This document shows positions 1 through 9,169 of a DNA stretch of 51,588 bases, piece by piece. The DNA lies in the NCBI GenBank assembly GCA_018651085.1, contig JABIEQ010000017.1, positions 1-51,588 of the forward strand, read 5' to 3'. Below the pieces are notes generated by a model. It saw only the letters and a program-made list of their open reading frames with translations. It had not been told where the DNA came from and did no database searches. The number at the start of each line of letters is the position of its first letter. Within the stretch, counting starts at the first letter, position 1. The DNA comes from Candidatus Magasanikiibacteriota bacterium. GTDB taxonomy: Bacteria; Patescibacteriota; Patescibacteriia; Magasanikbacterales; UBA922. Made by a program: the position numbers and the translations under genes.

Positions 1-171
1 ATTCAAATCCATGCTGAACGAATTATTAAAATGAAGGCAAATTTAAATGAAATTCTTGCAAAACATAGTGGGCAAACAATTGCCCAAGTAGAAAAAGATA
101 GTGACCGTGATTACTTTATGAGTGCAAAGGAAGCTGTGAGTTACGGATTAGCTGATAAGGTTATCTCATAA
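1..171 (+). CDS. clpP: ATP-dependent Clp protease proteolytic subunit, 3' end (partial)
   Basis: Frame 1 translates [56 protein letters not shown], the typical ClpP C-terminus (DRDyfMsA.EA..YGL.D). Confidence 0.93.
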   Translation: MQIHAERIIKMKANLNEILAKHSGQTIAQVEKDSDRDYFMSAKEAVSYGLADKVIS

Positions 172-194
172 CAATTTTTCGTTTTTTATCCACA

Positions 195-224
195 AAAAAC
201 CCCTCGCTATTAGCGAGGGGTTTT
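195..224. terminator. Bidirectional intrinsic terminator
   Basis: AAAAAACCCCTCGCTA-T-TAGCGAGGGGTTTT hairpin with A/T tracts on both sides, after clpP and at the end of the minus-strand unit 231-391. Confidence 0.8.
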
Positions 225-230
225 ATAAAG

Positions 231-391
231 TGTTAGGGTTTCCCCATAAACCGCACCCAAGAAGATGCATCCCAGGTCGAATACGAGCCTGAGCCTGTAT
301 TAGCCTACAACGCATCTCCATGCTTGTCGTGGATGCAGTGGTAACCATACCTTTGTATAACATATGGTCTTTCACTGAACCCAACTAACAA
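231..391 (-). ncRNA. Candidate structured small RNA (~160 nt core; also contains a 46-codon ORF at 223-363)
   Basis: Promoter at 398-426, terminator at 195-224, 5'/3' closing stem (231-240 with 378-390) and several internal helices found by hand; GC-richer than the flanks. Confidence 0.55.
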
Positions 392-397
392 TGAGAG

Positions 398-426
398 AAT
401 ATACCACGTTTTTTACTTCTTGTCAA
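398..426 (-). promoter_or_regulatory. Sigma70-type promoter, TTGACA-17-TATATT with extended TG
   Basis: Reverse complement of 421-426 is TTGACA, of 398-403 TATATT, preceded by TGG; 17-nt spacer. Confidence 0.7.
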
Positions 427-494
427 GGGTAGGCCTGTGGATTTCTCTTATTTTTTACCTTATTTAAGCCAAAAAATGGGTTATTTTCCATATA

Positions 495-522
495 TTGACA
501 TTACATTATATATCTGTATTGT
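495..522 (+). promoter_or_regulatory. Sigma70-type promoter, TTGACA-16-TATTGT
   Basis: TTGACA at 495-500, TATTGT at 517-522; no credible plus-strand CDS follows. Confidence 0.5.
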
Positions 523-529
523 ATGTAAT

Positions 530-630
530 AGCCCTGTGTGTATGTGTACCCTACCTCTAAGCCTGTAGGAAAGATTGCACACTGGGCCAACCTTCTCATA
601 CAAAAAAAGACCACAGAAGTGGTCTTTTTT
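530..630 (+). ncRNA. Candidate hairpin small RNA (~100 nt)
   Basis: GCCCTGTGTGTA (531-542) pairs with TGCACACTGGGC (576-587; one U.U mismatch, one U.G wobble valid on +); inner CCTAC/GTAGG helix; ends in terminator 602-630. Confidence 0.45.
602..630. terminator. Bidirectional intrinsic terminator
   Basis: AAAAAAAGACCAC-AGAA-GTGGTCTTTTTT, 14 nt past the stop of CDS 645-1343. Confidence 0.85.
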
Positions 631-644
631 ATTATACCTCGCTA

Positions 645-1343
645 TTATTTCTTTTTTCTTACAATACAAAGTGGTGTTTGCTCACTTGCTTGTCCTAGTG
701 GATTATCTTTAAATATCTTTTCTATTTCTTCTTTTTTTATTTCTGAATCATCCATACCAAGAACATCTACACCAAGATCATTTGCATCAATGATAACAAT
801 CCCACACCCAATCTCTTTGGCAACTTTTCTTGCAACCTTATTTGGGTCTTTAGGTGCCAATGTTGCACATTTATTATATGGAGGCAATGTGTAATCACAA
901 GGTCCATCGATTGCTGCGGCTTGTCTTCCTGCAATGTGATAAAACAATCCTTTAATCCCAAATGGTCTTGTAATCATAGCCACAACAGCCCCAAATAGAA
1001 TTCTGATATATCCAACTTCTCTTATAGCAAGCTCCATAGTCCATGGACTTGCAAGACCAATACCGTACGGTGACTTATGTACTCGTTTTGATAACCATGT
1101 AGCAAAGGTAGTTGGATGAATATCAACAATTTTAAATGACCGTCCTTGTGTAATTGCGACGACTCGCTCACTTACACAAAGCGTATCTCCTTTTTGAAGA
1201 TATGATGATGCATACTTTTGAATCACATCCGTTATATCATCTTTTTTTGTAATAACATGTGTTTTTATTGGAAAACGAAGATAGGTAGTATTTCCTACCT
1301 GTATTTCGATATGCTTTCCATTGTTTGCTTGAAGTTCTTTCAC
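645..1343 (-). CDS. Coenzyme F420-0:L-glutamate ligase (CofE)-like protein
   Basis: PIKTHVI...DDI, GDTLCVSERVVAITQGR, IDGP, LAPKDP, IIDANDLG, DNPLGQ..EQTPL motifs match the F420-ligase family; GTG start. Confidence 0.75.
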   Translation of the reverse strand: MKELQANNGKHIEIQVGNTTYLRFPIKTHVITKKDDITDVIQKYASSYLQKGDTLCVSERVVAITQGRSFKIVDIHPTTFATWLSKRVHKSPYGIGLASPWTMELAIREVGYIRILFGAVVAMITRPFGIKGLFYHIAGRQAAAIDGPCDYTLPPYNKCATLAPKDPNKVARKVAKEIGCGIVIIDANDLGVDVLGMDDSEIKKEEIEKIFKDNPLGQASEQTPLCIVRKKK

Positions 1344-1358
1344 ACTAATATATTACTC

Positions 1359-3305
1359 CTATTCTTCACTTTTTTCTGTTTCTTCTATATCAATAGTCAC
1401 ACATTCACCACTTTCGTCACACACTTCTCTTTGTTCTTTTGGTTCAACCCCTACGAGACAAATGTTTGCAAGCGGTCGATAATGACTGAAATATATTTCT
1501 TCATCATCTTCTCCGTTGGGCCTTTCAATACTATACACAAAAGATGTGTCTGCTCCGGTGTATGCTCCCTGACACTTTGTTGTTCCTGGTGGAAGTTCAT
1601 CGGTCTCTACATATTGTGTTGGTCCATGAGGAATCCATCTATTTACTACAGGATCTGTGAATGAGCCTTTTCTTCCGTCAGATGTTCCCCAAAAAGTAAA
1701 GAATAATTCTTCGGTATACTCATTTAATTCTGCTTGAATCAATATTGCGTGATTTGTATCGTTTACAAATCTAAAATCTGGATGAGAATCAAAAATAGTT
1801 GCATCAACTCCTGGCTTCCCTTTTATATTATAATAGTGTACTGCAAATCGATGATTCCTTCTTTCTGTGATTTCAAGTCCACTATTCATTACTGCACGAA
1901 ATATTGTTGTTGAAATCTGACAAAGTCCACCACCAAGAGCATCCTCAATTTTATCTCCTATAATAACTTTTTCTGGAAGATAGCCTCCGGCAATAGTAAA
2001 TGGTTTTGTTGATACTACTGTTGAAAATTCTTCTCCTGGTTCAACAAGTAATCCATTTAATTTTATCACCGCATTTCTAATGTTACTGATTCTGTTTGGA
2101 GGACTTCCTTTAAATGCTGAGTATCCTGTCCCCAATACTTCTGTAATACCGACATCATTTACATCTCCTGTTTTTACTTGTGGTTCAGTCACCTCTGTTT
2201 TCACTTCAATACTTGTAACAATTCCCTCGTCATGCCAGGTTCTCTGAAGCATGGCATTATTAATGTTATCGTATGTTTCTTCCTTTTTTAATTCAATCCC
2301 AGGTCGTGATCCTTGAAATGATGTCACTTTTCCGTCCTGTACCTCAAATTTGGCATCCTTTGCCTCTATATTTACTATTTCTTCTACTTCTCCTTCTAAG
2401 TAGGCAATGATTTCTTCTTTGTTAATACCAAAACCGGCTCCGTTTTCTTCTTGTTTTTGCACCTCAAGCCAATCATATATTACGTTACTTGGAAGTGACC
2501 ATGCACTGTCTCTTTTGGTATGTGGATCTGTATAGGTAAGTGTTATCCCATTATGTTCAAGTACAACACCTAATCTATCTGCTATTTTTTCTACATCACT
2601 CTCAAGTACTTCTGGCTCAGTCACTTCTTTTTCAATTGTTATTTCTGGTGTTTGTAACTCTCCCCAAGAACGATATATTTCATCAACAATGTTATCATAT
2701 TTAAACTCAACTCCAGGAGTTGACGATGTGATCGTGTACACTAATGGATCAACACTTTCAATATCTACCCCCGCATTTGTTGCTTTTGTATCCACATCCT
2801 TTACGTAGTCTTTAAGGGTATCCGTAATTGCATCTTCATATACGGTGATGTGCTTTAAAGAAACACTCCCTTTTGCAAATCTACTTTTAAGTGTTTTTAT
2901 CGCTCGTGAAAATATATTTCCTCTTTTTCCATAATGAAGTAAGGCATCCACTTCCTTTTCAACATCAAGTTCAACAAACTCTATGGTATCTCCATCAAAT
3001 GCTGTTGGGTATAGTATTAGTTCATCAAGCTCTTCATCAAAGGTAAATCTGATACCATCATTTAATAATTTGTCTTGAATATCAAATAAAAACAATCGCA
3101 AGCCTTCTTCATCAAGTCCACCAATCGGTACATTCCCTAAATGTACACCTGGGTATACTCTATCTTGGTAACTTCTTTCGTAAGCAAGTACTCCAGTTGC
3201 TGTTCCAGCCACTATCACGATTAATACAATCAATAAAATCCAGATACGATACCAGGAAAATGATTTCATTTTTTCTTTTAAAAAGGCCGGTCTCTTTTTT
3301 CCCAT
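1359..3305 (-). CDS. Membrane-anchored VanW-family protein with peptidoglycan-binding-like repeats
   Basis: N-terminal TM, VYPGVHLGNVPIGGL, NRISNI...LNGLLVEPGEEFS, GYLPEKVI, GGGLCQISTTIFRA, ERRNH, GVDATI, DFRFVNDT. Confidence 0.88.
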   Translation of the reverse strand: MGKKRPAFLKEKMKSFSWYRIWILLIVLIVIVAGTATGVLAYERSYQDRVYPGVHLGNVPIGGLDEEGLRLFLFDIQDKLLNDGIRFTFDEELDELILYPTAFDGDTIEFVELDVEKEVDALLHYGKRGNIFSRAIKTLKSRFAKGSVSLKHITVYEDAITDTLKDYVKDVDTKATNAGVDIESVDPLVYTITSSTPGVEFKYDNIVDEIYRSWGELQTPEITIEKEVTEPEVLESDVEKIADRLGVVLEHNGITLTYTDPHTKRDSAWSLPSNVIYDWLEVQKQEENGAGFGINKEEIIAYLEGEVEEIVNIEAKDAKFEVQDGKVTSFQGSRPGIELKKEETYDNINNAMLQRTWHDEGIVTSIEVKTEVTEPQVKTGDVNDVGITEVLGTGYSAFKGSPPNRISNIRNAVIKLNGLLVEPGEEFSTVVSTKPFTIAGGYLPEKVIIGDKIEDALGGGLCQISTTIFRAVMNSGLEITERRNHRFAVHYYNIKGKPGVDATIFDSHPDFRFVNDTNHAILIQAELNEYTEELFFTFWGTSDGRKGSFTDPVVNRWIPHGPTQYVETDELPPGTTKCQGAYTGADTSFVYSIERPNGEDDEEIYFSHYRPLANICLVGVEPKEQREVCDESGECVTIDIEETEKSEE

Positions 3306-3307
3306 AT

Positions 3308-3784
3308 TTATTCATCAATTATAGTAACTGGTATTTTTGCTCCTTGTTGTTGTTTGGGAATCCATACACTCAATACGCCACTTGTATACTCTGCTCTTGC
3401 GAGGTCCCCTTTCACATCAATGGGTAAAACCACGGTTCTTGAAAATGCTCCCCAAAAACATTCTTTATGAAAATACGATACTTGTGCTTTTTGCTCTAAT
3501 GGTGAATGTCGTACTCCTCTAATAGTTAACACATCATTATGCACAAATACTTCAATACGTTTGGTGTCAGCTCCCGCAACCGTTGTAGTAACCACAATAT
3601 CATTTCCAACTTCAGCAACATCAATAGCAAGTTGACCTTCTTCTTCGTGAGTGGTCCAATCATGAGCCTCATCTTTTTTTGTATCAAGAAAAGACCGTGT
3701 ACTTGGTACGGCCTTTGTGGCAATCATTTTATCTTTATCCATCGACTCAATAATCATTTCAAAGATGTCTCCTGTATTTTTCAT
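3308..3784 (-). CDS. Hsp20/alpha-crystallin small heat-shock protein
   Basis: LAIDV.E, VAGAD...IEVFV.NDVLTIRG.R, ECFWGAFSRTVVLP, AEY.SGVL.V.IPK. Confidence 0.92.
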   Translation of the reverse strand: MKNTGDIFEMIIESMDKDKMIATKAVPSTRSFLDTKKDEAHDWTTHEEEGQLAIDVAEVGNDIVVTTTVAGADTKRIEVFVHNDVLTIRGVRHSPLEQKAQVSYFHKECFWGAFSRTVVLPIDVKGDLARAEYTSGVLSVWIPKQQQGAKIPVTIIDE

Positions 3785-3817
3785 ACATGCATAGTATAGC
3801 GAAAAATGAGGAATAAT

Positions 3818-3842
3818 AAAACCCCGAGGATCTCGGGGTTTT
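3818..3842 (-). terminator. Intrinsic terminator
   Basis: AAAACCCCGAG-GAT-CTCGGGGTTTT just downstream of the stop at 3854. Confidence 0.8.
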
Positions 3843-3853
3843 CTTTTTTATGT

Positions 3854-6631
3854 TTATCTTGCTTCCACAGCGCCTACATCTGGTCCGGCACCAAGGTATT
3901 GATCATTTATTCCTGGTAAAGGTACGGCCCTATCTACAGCGACTGACCCAACAGCGGGTATAAGTATTTCTACTGTTTCGCCATTTTTTTCTCCAACATG
4001 CACAGCTAAAGAAGGATCTGCAAACACTCCATTTGGTTCTTGCCCAATTACTTCTTGATCTTGGCAATTAAACGCTACTGGTGTATTTGGAAAGATTTCT
4101 CCTTCACTTACATAATTTGGATTTGCTGTTTGTCTTTGAAATGCATCAAAACTTGTGTATCTACGATTGTCTCCCCAATCAGTGTATCCCCACTTAAAGA
4201 GTATTTCTCCTTCGGGAAGTGGTGACCATAATACATCGTAATCAAAGCTATGATTTTTATGATAGTACTCACAAGAGAAGTTTGATCCAATGTCGGTTTC
4301 AATCACTCTTCCTGTTGCTTCAATAATATTGTTTCGCAATACAACGTTTTGTGTTCTCGCTGGAAACCCTCTATAAAGCGCATAAGATGCTCCTTCTTCT
4401 TGCTTTATGGTGTTGTGATAGATATACACGTTTCTTGTTACGCCAGCAACTCCTGTGTTCATCTTTAATGCTCCTTCATTAAATCCATGGAGTTGATTGT
4501 ATGCAATAAATATTGGTCCAGGAAATACTTGTGCAGTACTTATTCCGTTTGTACTTTCTTTACAATAGTTTTTAAATACACGAACGTTAATCCCATGTCC
4601 ATCAAGTTCAATACAATCATCAGACACGCCATCAATAACATTATCGTATATATCAAGTTCTCTATTTGCCCATACACTTTTTACGTCTAAGTCACTTGGC
4701 TCTGACACTGGTGAATGCCCCTCGTCTCCTCCTGGCGCAATAGCGTCAGCCATACCAAATAATACATTATCTGCTATGACAGTGTATCCACCAACACCGA
4801 AGTCTTGTTTAATTCCGTAATATGTTTGATTTTCTCCTTGATCTACTGGAACAAATTCTCCATGTACATCGTCATGAATTCTATTTTTTAGAATCAGGTT
4901 ATAATTATCTTTTACTTCTCCAACAATATCATCATTATGTTGAATAAAGACAAACCAATCTTCTTGCCCCATTGATTCGCTGTCATGAATATTGTTTTCC
5001 ACGATTTCTGTGTGATGAGATCCACGGACATTCATGGTTCCAACGATATCTAATCCATAAAAAGTATAATATGAACTTTGGTATAGAATAATGTCCCCTA
5101 CAATCTGTGCTGGATTTTCTTTATCTTGGCTTTCAATAATAATTCGTTGTCCATATGCACCGGTTTTTTGAAACATTTCAAATCCTTCATATACTCCCGT
5201 TCCAAGTTTGATGTTATCTCCGGGTTGTACATTTTCTAATGCTTGTTGAAATTCATTATTTGTTGATACAAGCACTTCCCTTTGGGTTTGTTCTTGTTGT
5301 CCTTCAATTGACCATTCAGGTCGTGTTGTTAGCGTAGTATCTATGGATTGTCCACTTGCAAGCTCTACAGATACATTATACGTCGTATCTGGTACAAGAT
5401 TAAATAAACTTGTTGCAGCATGATTTCCATCATACGTTACCAATGCATGCACTTCACTTCCATTTAAAAGAACTCTTGCTCCTTCTAGTGATGCACCTTG
5501 AGTAAATTCAACATCTACTCCACCAGATACAAATGCTCCATATGTTTCTACTCGCTCAACTGGTGTTGGTAGATTATTTTCTACGACGACTACTGTTATA
5601 TCTGGTTGTGTACTTGATACAGGCTCTGGCTCCGGTTCTGGTACAGGCTCTGTAAATACATTTATACTAAAAGTGTCGTCTTTCTCATGTTTCCACCCTT
5701 GTCGATATTCATTATGATCGTGTTCATACCAAATGTGTGACACGATGTTTTCTTCTGGTGATACTACCCCAGGCATAACACTAAACGGAAACGAAAACGT
5801 TACCTGGTTTGTCTCATTATCATGCACTCTTGTACATTGGTCTTCTTTTAATTCTACCTTGTTGTTTCCAAATCTTTTTTTATACAACTCACGACAAGAA
5901 TATGTTCCATCCTCACCTTCTAAAAATTGGAAATATCCAAAACGATTTGCTCTATCTTTTTTATTGAGTAATATTCTTAATTCATCAATATCTCTTCCAT
6001 TTTCATATGTAAGATGAATAATATTTATGCCCTCTATCCCTTCTTCAGTGTAACTTGTGGCAACACTTCCAAATGTTGAACGCACATTTTGTTCGTCAAC
6101 GACATTAATCTGAAACTCTGGACCAGTCTTCCATCCACTAAGCTGATAAATGTTTCCTTCATCTGTATACCCATAAAGAATGACTCGAACTTCTGCTGGC
6201 GTACTTTCTCCCCAAAATCCTTCGTAGGCAAAATGAAATGAAATATGTTTTCTATTTGAACACTCTTCGTCAGAGGTAGTAGCCACACTTACGGATTGAT
6301 TTACAATATATTTATTTCCGTATCGTAATGATCCGTATGGTCTTAATTCCCCAGTTGAAAGATATCCACGCATTAATCCTGCAATTGGTCTATTCGGGTG
6401 GATTCGAGGATGATTCATAATGATACGAGCTTCCTCTACTCTGTTTTCTTCATCACATACGCTTGTGATGATCTCTTGCATATCGAGACCTTCTGTTTGT
6501 ACCACTGGTTTTTGTGCTGTTGTTTCAATCTGTGTTACCAGTCTCGTTGCATGTGCTGAAAGTAATGGAATTCCTACCATTACAATACAAGCGACCATTG
6601 TCCCGATGTATATTTTATGAGATTTTTTCAT
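3854..6631 (-). CDS. Large secreted protein: unknown N-domain, PE linker, FN3-like domain, right-handed parallel beta-helix (pectin-lyase fold)
   Basis: Signal peptide from MKKSHK...LLSAHA (start moved to 6631; TTGACG-17-TGcTATTGT promoter at 6660-6688), PEPEPEP linker, LFNLVPDTTYNVSV (FN3-like), FQQALENVQPGDNIKLGTGVY and repeated N.I.D / DCIELDG / NVYIYHNTI coils, C-terminal S.AVDRA...PDVGAVE. Confidence 0.75.
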   Translation of the reverse strand: MKKSHKIYIGTMVACIVMVGIPLLSAHATRLVTQIETTAQKPVVQTEGLDMQEIITSVCDEENRVEEARIIMNHPRIHPNRPIAGLMRGYLSTGELRPYGSLRYGNKYIVNQSVSVATTSDEECSNRKHISFHFAYEGFWGESTPAEVRVILYGYTDEGNIYQLSGWKTGPEFQINVVDEQNVRSTFGSVATSYTEEGIEGINIIHLTYENGRDIDELRILLNKKDRANRFGYFQFLEGEDGTYSCRELYKKRFGNNKVELKEDQCTRVHDNETNQVTFSFPFSVMPGVVSPEENIVSHIWYEHDHNEYRQGWKHEKDDTFSINVFTEPVPEPEPEPVSSTQPDITVVVVENNLPTPVERVETYGAFVSGGVDVEFTQGASLEGARVLLNGSEVHALVTYDGNHAATSLFNLVPDTTYNVSVELASGQSIDTTLTTRPEWSIEGQQEQTQREVLVSTNNEFQQALENVQPGDNIKLGTGVYEGFEMFQKTGAYGQRIIIESQDKENPAQIVGDIILYQSSYYTFYGLDIVGTMNVRGSHHTEIVENNIHDSESMGQEDWFVFIQHNDDIVGEVKDNYNLILKNRIHDDVHGEFVPVDQGENQTYYGIKQDFGVGGYTVIADNVLFGMADAIAPGGDEGHSPVSEPSDLDVKSVWANRELDIYDNVIDGVSDDCIELDGHGINVRVFKNYCKESTNGISTAQVFPGPIFIAYNQLHGFNEGALKMNTGVAGVTRNVYIYHNTIKQEEGASYALYRGFPARTQNVVLRNNIIEATGRVIETDIGSNFSCEYYHKNHSFDYDVLWSPLPEGEILFKWGYTDWGDNRRYTSFDAFQRQTANPNYVSEGEIFPNTPVAFNCQDQEVIGQEPNGVFADPSLAVHVGEKNGETVEILIPAVGSVAVDRAVPLPGINDQYLGAGPDVGAVEAR

Positions 6632-6703
6632 ATGATATTTTTTAATATATTGTACCCCTACAATAGCAGTGTGACCTTCATTCGTCAATGTAAATTACTA
6701 AAT

Positions 6704-6730
6704 AAAAAACCGCCAAAATGGCGGTTTTTT
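6704..6730 (-). terminator. Intrinsic terminator after pheT
   Basis: AAAAAACCGCCA-AAA-TGGCGGTTTTTT abutting the pheT stop. Confidence 0.85.
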
Positions 6731-9168
6731 TATGCACGTATCTGTGCTGAATACGATGTTTCTAACGCTTTTATCACTTTTTCATGAACACTATCTATTT
6801 CTTTGGCTTCTAATGTTCTTTTGTCTGATCGATACTCGAGATGATATGCCATACTTTTTTGCCCATCTTCAACATGTTCTCCTTCGTATACATCAAATAA
6901 CTCTACTTTTGTTATTAATGGATCAATTGCGACTATTGTAGACACAACATCGTCATGAATAACATTTTGAGAAACTGTGAACGCAATATCTCGTAAAATC
7001 ACCGGATATACAGGAAGAGGCCTATAATTACTTTCTTCAGTTATTGTTGTAATAAGTGTATTCACATTTATTTGTACGATTGCTGTTTTATGAGGGATAC
7101 CCATATCTTCTTGCACAACAGGGTGCACTTCAGCAATCCGACCAACCATAACATCCTTTACATATATGTCAGCAGCACGACCAGGATGGACTAATAGTGT
7201 CTCTATTTCCATCTTTTTAAATGTTACCTCTACCTGCAGCCTTTTAGCAATCGCTCTTACCGTGTTTGCAGCTTCAAAAAATGGTACTTTGTTCTCTTTA
7301 TCCATGAATGCAAATCCAAGATACGTATCTTGCTTTGGCAATAAATCATTTCCATTTTTATCAGCACGTTCTCCTGGTTCATCTTTGAGGAATGTTTTTC
7401 CGATTTCAAAGATCTTTATCTTATCAAAACGATGGGCATTTTTTTCTACATTTTCAAGTAAGCCTGGTACCAAATTCCTTCGGACATATGGTCTGTCTTT
7501 TGCAATAGGATTCGCAAGCTCAATGTGATCGTCAACTGATTCCCCCACTTTTTTTAATAATTCAGGAGAAACAAACGAATAATTATATACTTCTGTATAC
7601 CCACATTCATATGCAATAATTTTTTTCATGTTGTTCACCGTATCTCTTAAAAGATTTTTTGGTGGTGGCGTGATTGCAAAATTTGGTAGACTTGTTGGAA
7701 TATTATCGTATCCATACATTCGGGCTACTTCTTCTACTAAGTCTTCACGAATAGTAACGTCTTTTGTTGCCCTCCATGTTGGCGGCGTGACAAATAATGT
7801 CCCTCGTTTTGCTTTTACACTAAACCCTAAGTGCTCTAAAATATTCACGACTTGCTTTTCTTCAATCTCTATACCCATTTTTTGTCGTAAAAATGTCATG
7901 GGGAGATTGATATCTCTTTTTTTGTTTGGTTTAAATGTATCTGCGATGTTACTTGTCACATGAGCATCCTTGCAGCACTCTTTTATAAGTGCAACAGCTT
8001 TTTGTAATGCAAGTATCGTCATGTTTGGATCAAGTGTTTTTTCAAAACGAGTTGACGCATCGGTTCTTAACCCACATGCTTGTGCAGCTTTCCGAACGGT
8101 TGTTGCATCAAAATTTGCAGCTTCTAATATAATTGACTTTGTCCCGTCATGAATGTCACTCGCTGAACCTCCCATCACACCAGCAAGAGCTACGGCTTTT
8201 TTCTTATCAGCAATCACCAGCATGCTTTCACTAAGCTTCAATGCTTTTTTATCAAGTGTTTCAAAGGGTTCATCTTTTTTTGCGTAGCGAATGATCAGGG
8301 TGCCTTCTTCTATCTTATCAGCATCATGCGCGTGCATTGGTTGCCCAAGATCATACATGACGTAATTTGTAATATCAACAATATTATTAATTGGTCGCAG
8401 ACCAACAGCAATAAGCCGTTCTTTTATCCATGAGGGTGACTCTCCTATTTCTATTCCATCAACACGAACAAATGAAGCTCTTCTACATACATCGGGTGTT
8501 TTTATGTCTACATGCAATGTGTGTTGCTTTCCTTCTTTTATACTAGGTGGCGCATATTCCTTGAGTTTTTTTCTATACATTGCCGCCACTTCTCGTGCAA
8601 TACCATAATGTCCCCATAGGTCTGGCCGATGAGTCATGGTTTTGTTTTCTACATCAATAATAGTGTCGTCCACTCCTAAGGCTTCTGCAAGTGGTGTTCC
8701 TGGAGCGGCATCGATATGAGAAATATCTAGAATTTCTTTTTCGTCTTTTTTAGAAAACATATCACCGAGTCCAATCTCGTCAGCGGCACAAACCATACCA
8801 TGAGATTCTACCCCTCTAATTTTTATTGGTTTTAACTCCACTAAGTCTCCTTCTCCGTGCCAACGAACGTGTGCACCTACTTTCCCAAATGCAATGGTCA
8901 TGCCTTCTTTTAGGTTTGATCCACCACACACAATCTGTACGTCATTTTTTTCTCCAATGTCTACATGACAAACGCTTAGGGCGTCTGCATCTTCGTGTTT
9001 TTTAATTTCTTTTATTTTTCCAACAACAATACCTTCAAGCGCTGATGCTTGATTAATAATTTCTTCTACTTCTACTACTTTTAGTGTTAAATCTTCTCCA
9101 AGTTTTTCTGACGAAACATTATCTGGAAGAAAGACGAAATCTTGTAACCATTTTTTTGAAATACGCAT
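6730..9168 (-). CDS. pheT: Phenylalanine--tRNA ligase beta subunit
   Basis: MRISKKWL, QIVCG, IRGVESHGMVC, RPINNIVDITNYVMYDLGQPMHA, TDASTRFEK, DLVEEVARMYGYDNIP, C-terminal FDX-ACB domain (LFDVYEG...KSMAY). Confidence 0.98.
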   Translation of the reverse strand: MRISKKWLQDFVFLPDNVSSEKLGEDLTLKVVEVEEIINQASALEGIVVGKIKEIKKHEDADALSVCHVDIGEKNDVQIVCGGSNLKEGMTIAFGKVGAHVRWHGEGDLVELKPIKIRGVESHGMVCAADEIGLGDMFSKKDEKEILDISHIDAAPGTPLAEALGVDDTIIDVENKTMTHRPDLWGHYGIAREVAAMYRKKLKEYAPPSIKEGKQHTLHVDIKTPDVCRRASFVRVDGIEIGESPSWIKERLIAVGLRPINNIVDITNYVMYDLGQPMHAHDADKIEEGTLIIRYAKKDEPFETLDKKALKLSESMLVIADKKKAVALAGVMGGSASDIHDGTKSIILEAANFDATTVRKAAQACGLRTDASTRFEKTLDPNMTILALQKAVALIKECCKDAHVTSNIADTFKPNKKRDINLPMTFLRQKMGIEIEEKQVVNILEHLGFSVKAKRGTLFVTPPTWRATKDVTIREDLVEEVARMYGYDNIPTSLPNFAITPPPKNLLRDTVNNMKKIIAYECGYTEVYNYSFVSPELLKKVGESVDDHIELANPIAKDRPYVRRNLVPGLLENVEKNAHRFDKIKIFEIGKTFLKDEPGERADKNGNDLLPKQDTYLGFAFMDKENKVPFFEAANTVRAIAKRLQVEVTFKKMEIETLLVHPGRAADIYVKDVMVGRIAEVHPVVQEDMGIPHKTAIVQINVNTLITTITEESNYRPLPVYPVILRDIAFTVSQNVIHDDVVSTIVAIDPLITKVELFDVYEGEHVEDGQKSMAYHLEYRSDKRTLEAKEIDSVHEKVIKALETSYSAQIRA

Positions 9169-9169
9169 A

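Noticed and set aside
231..391. Assignment as tmRNA, RNase P RNA, SRP RNA or 6S RNA
   Set aside because: No tRNA-like ends or T-loop, no GAGGAAAGUCC P4 motif, no SRP GGAA-loop domain, and the hand fold is branched, not rod-like; a divergent 6S cannot be excluded without cmscan.
481..894. ORFs 481-669 (-) and 538-894 (+)
   Set aside because: Both run through the 602-630 terminator and overlap the CofE-like gene; no protein-like features.
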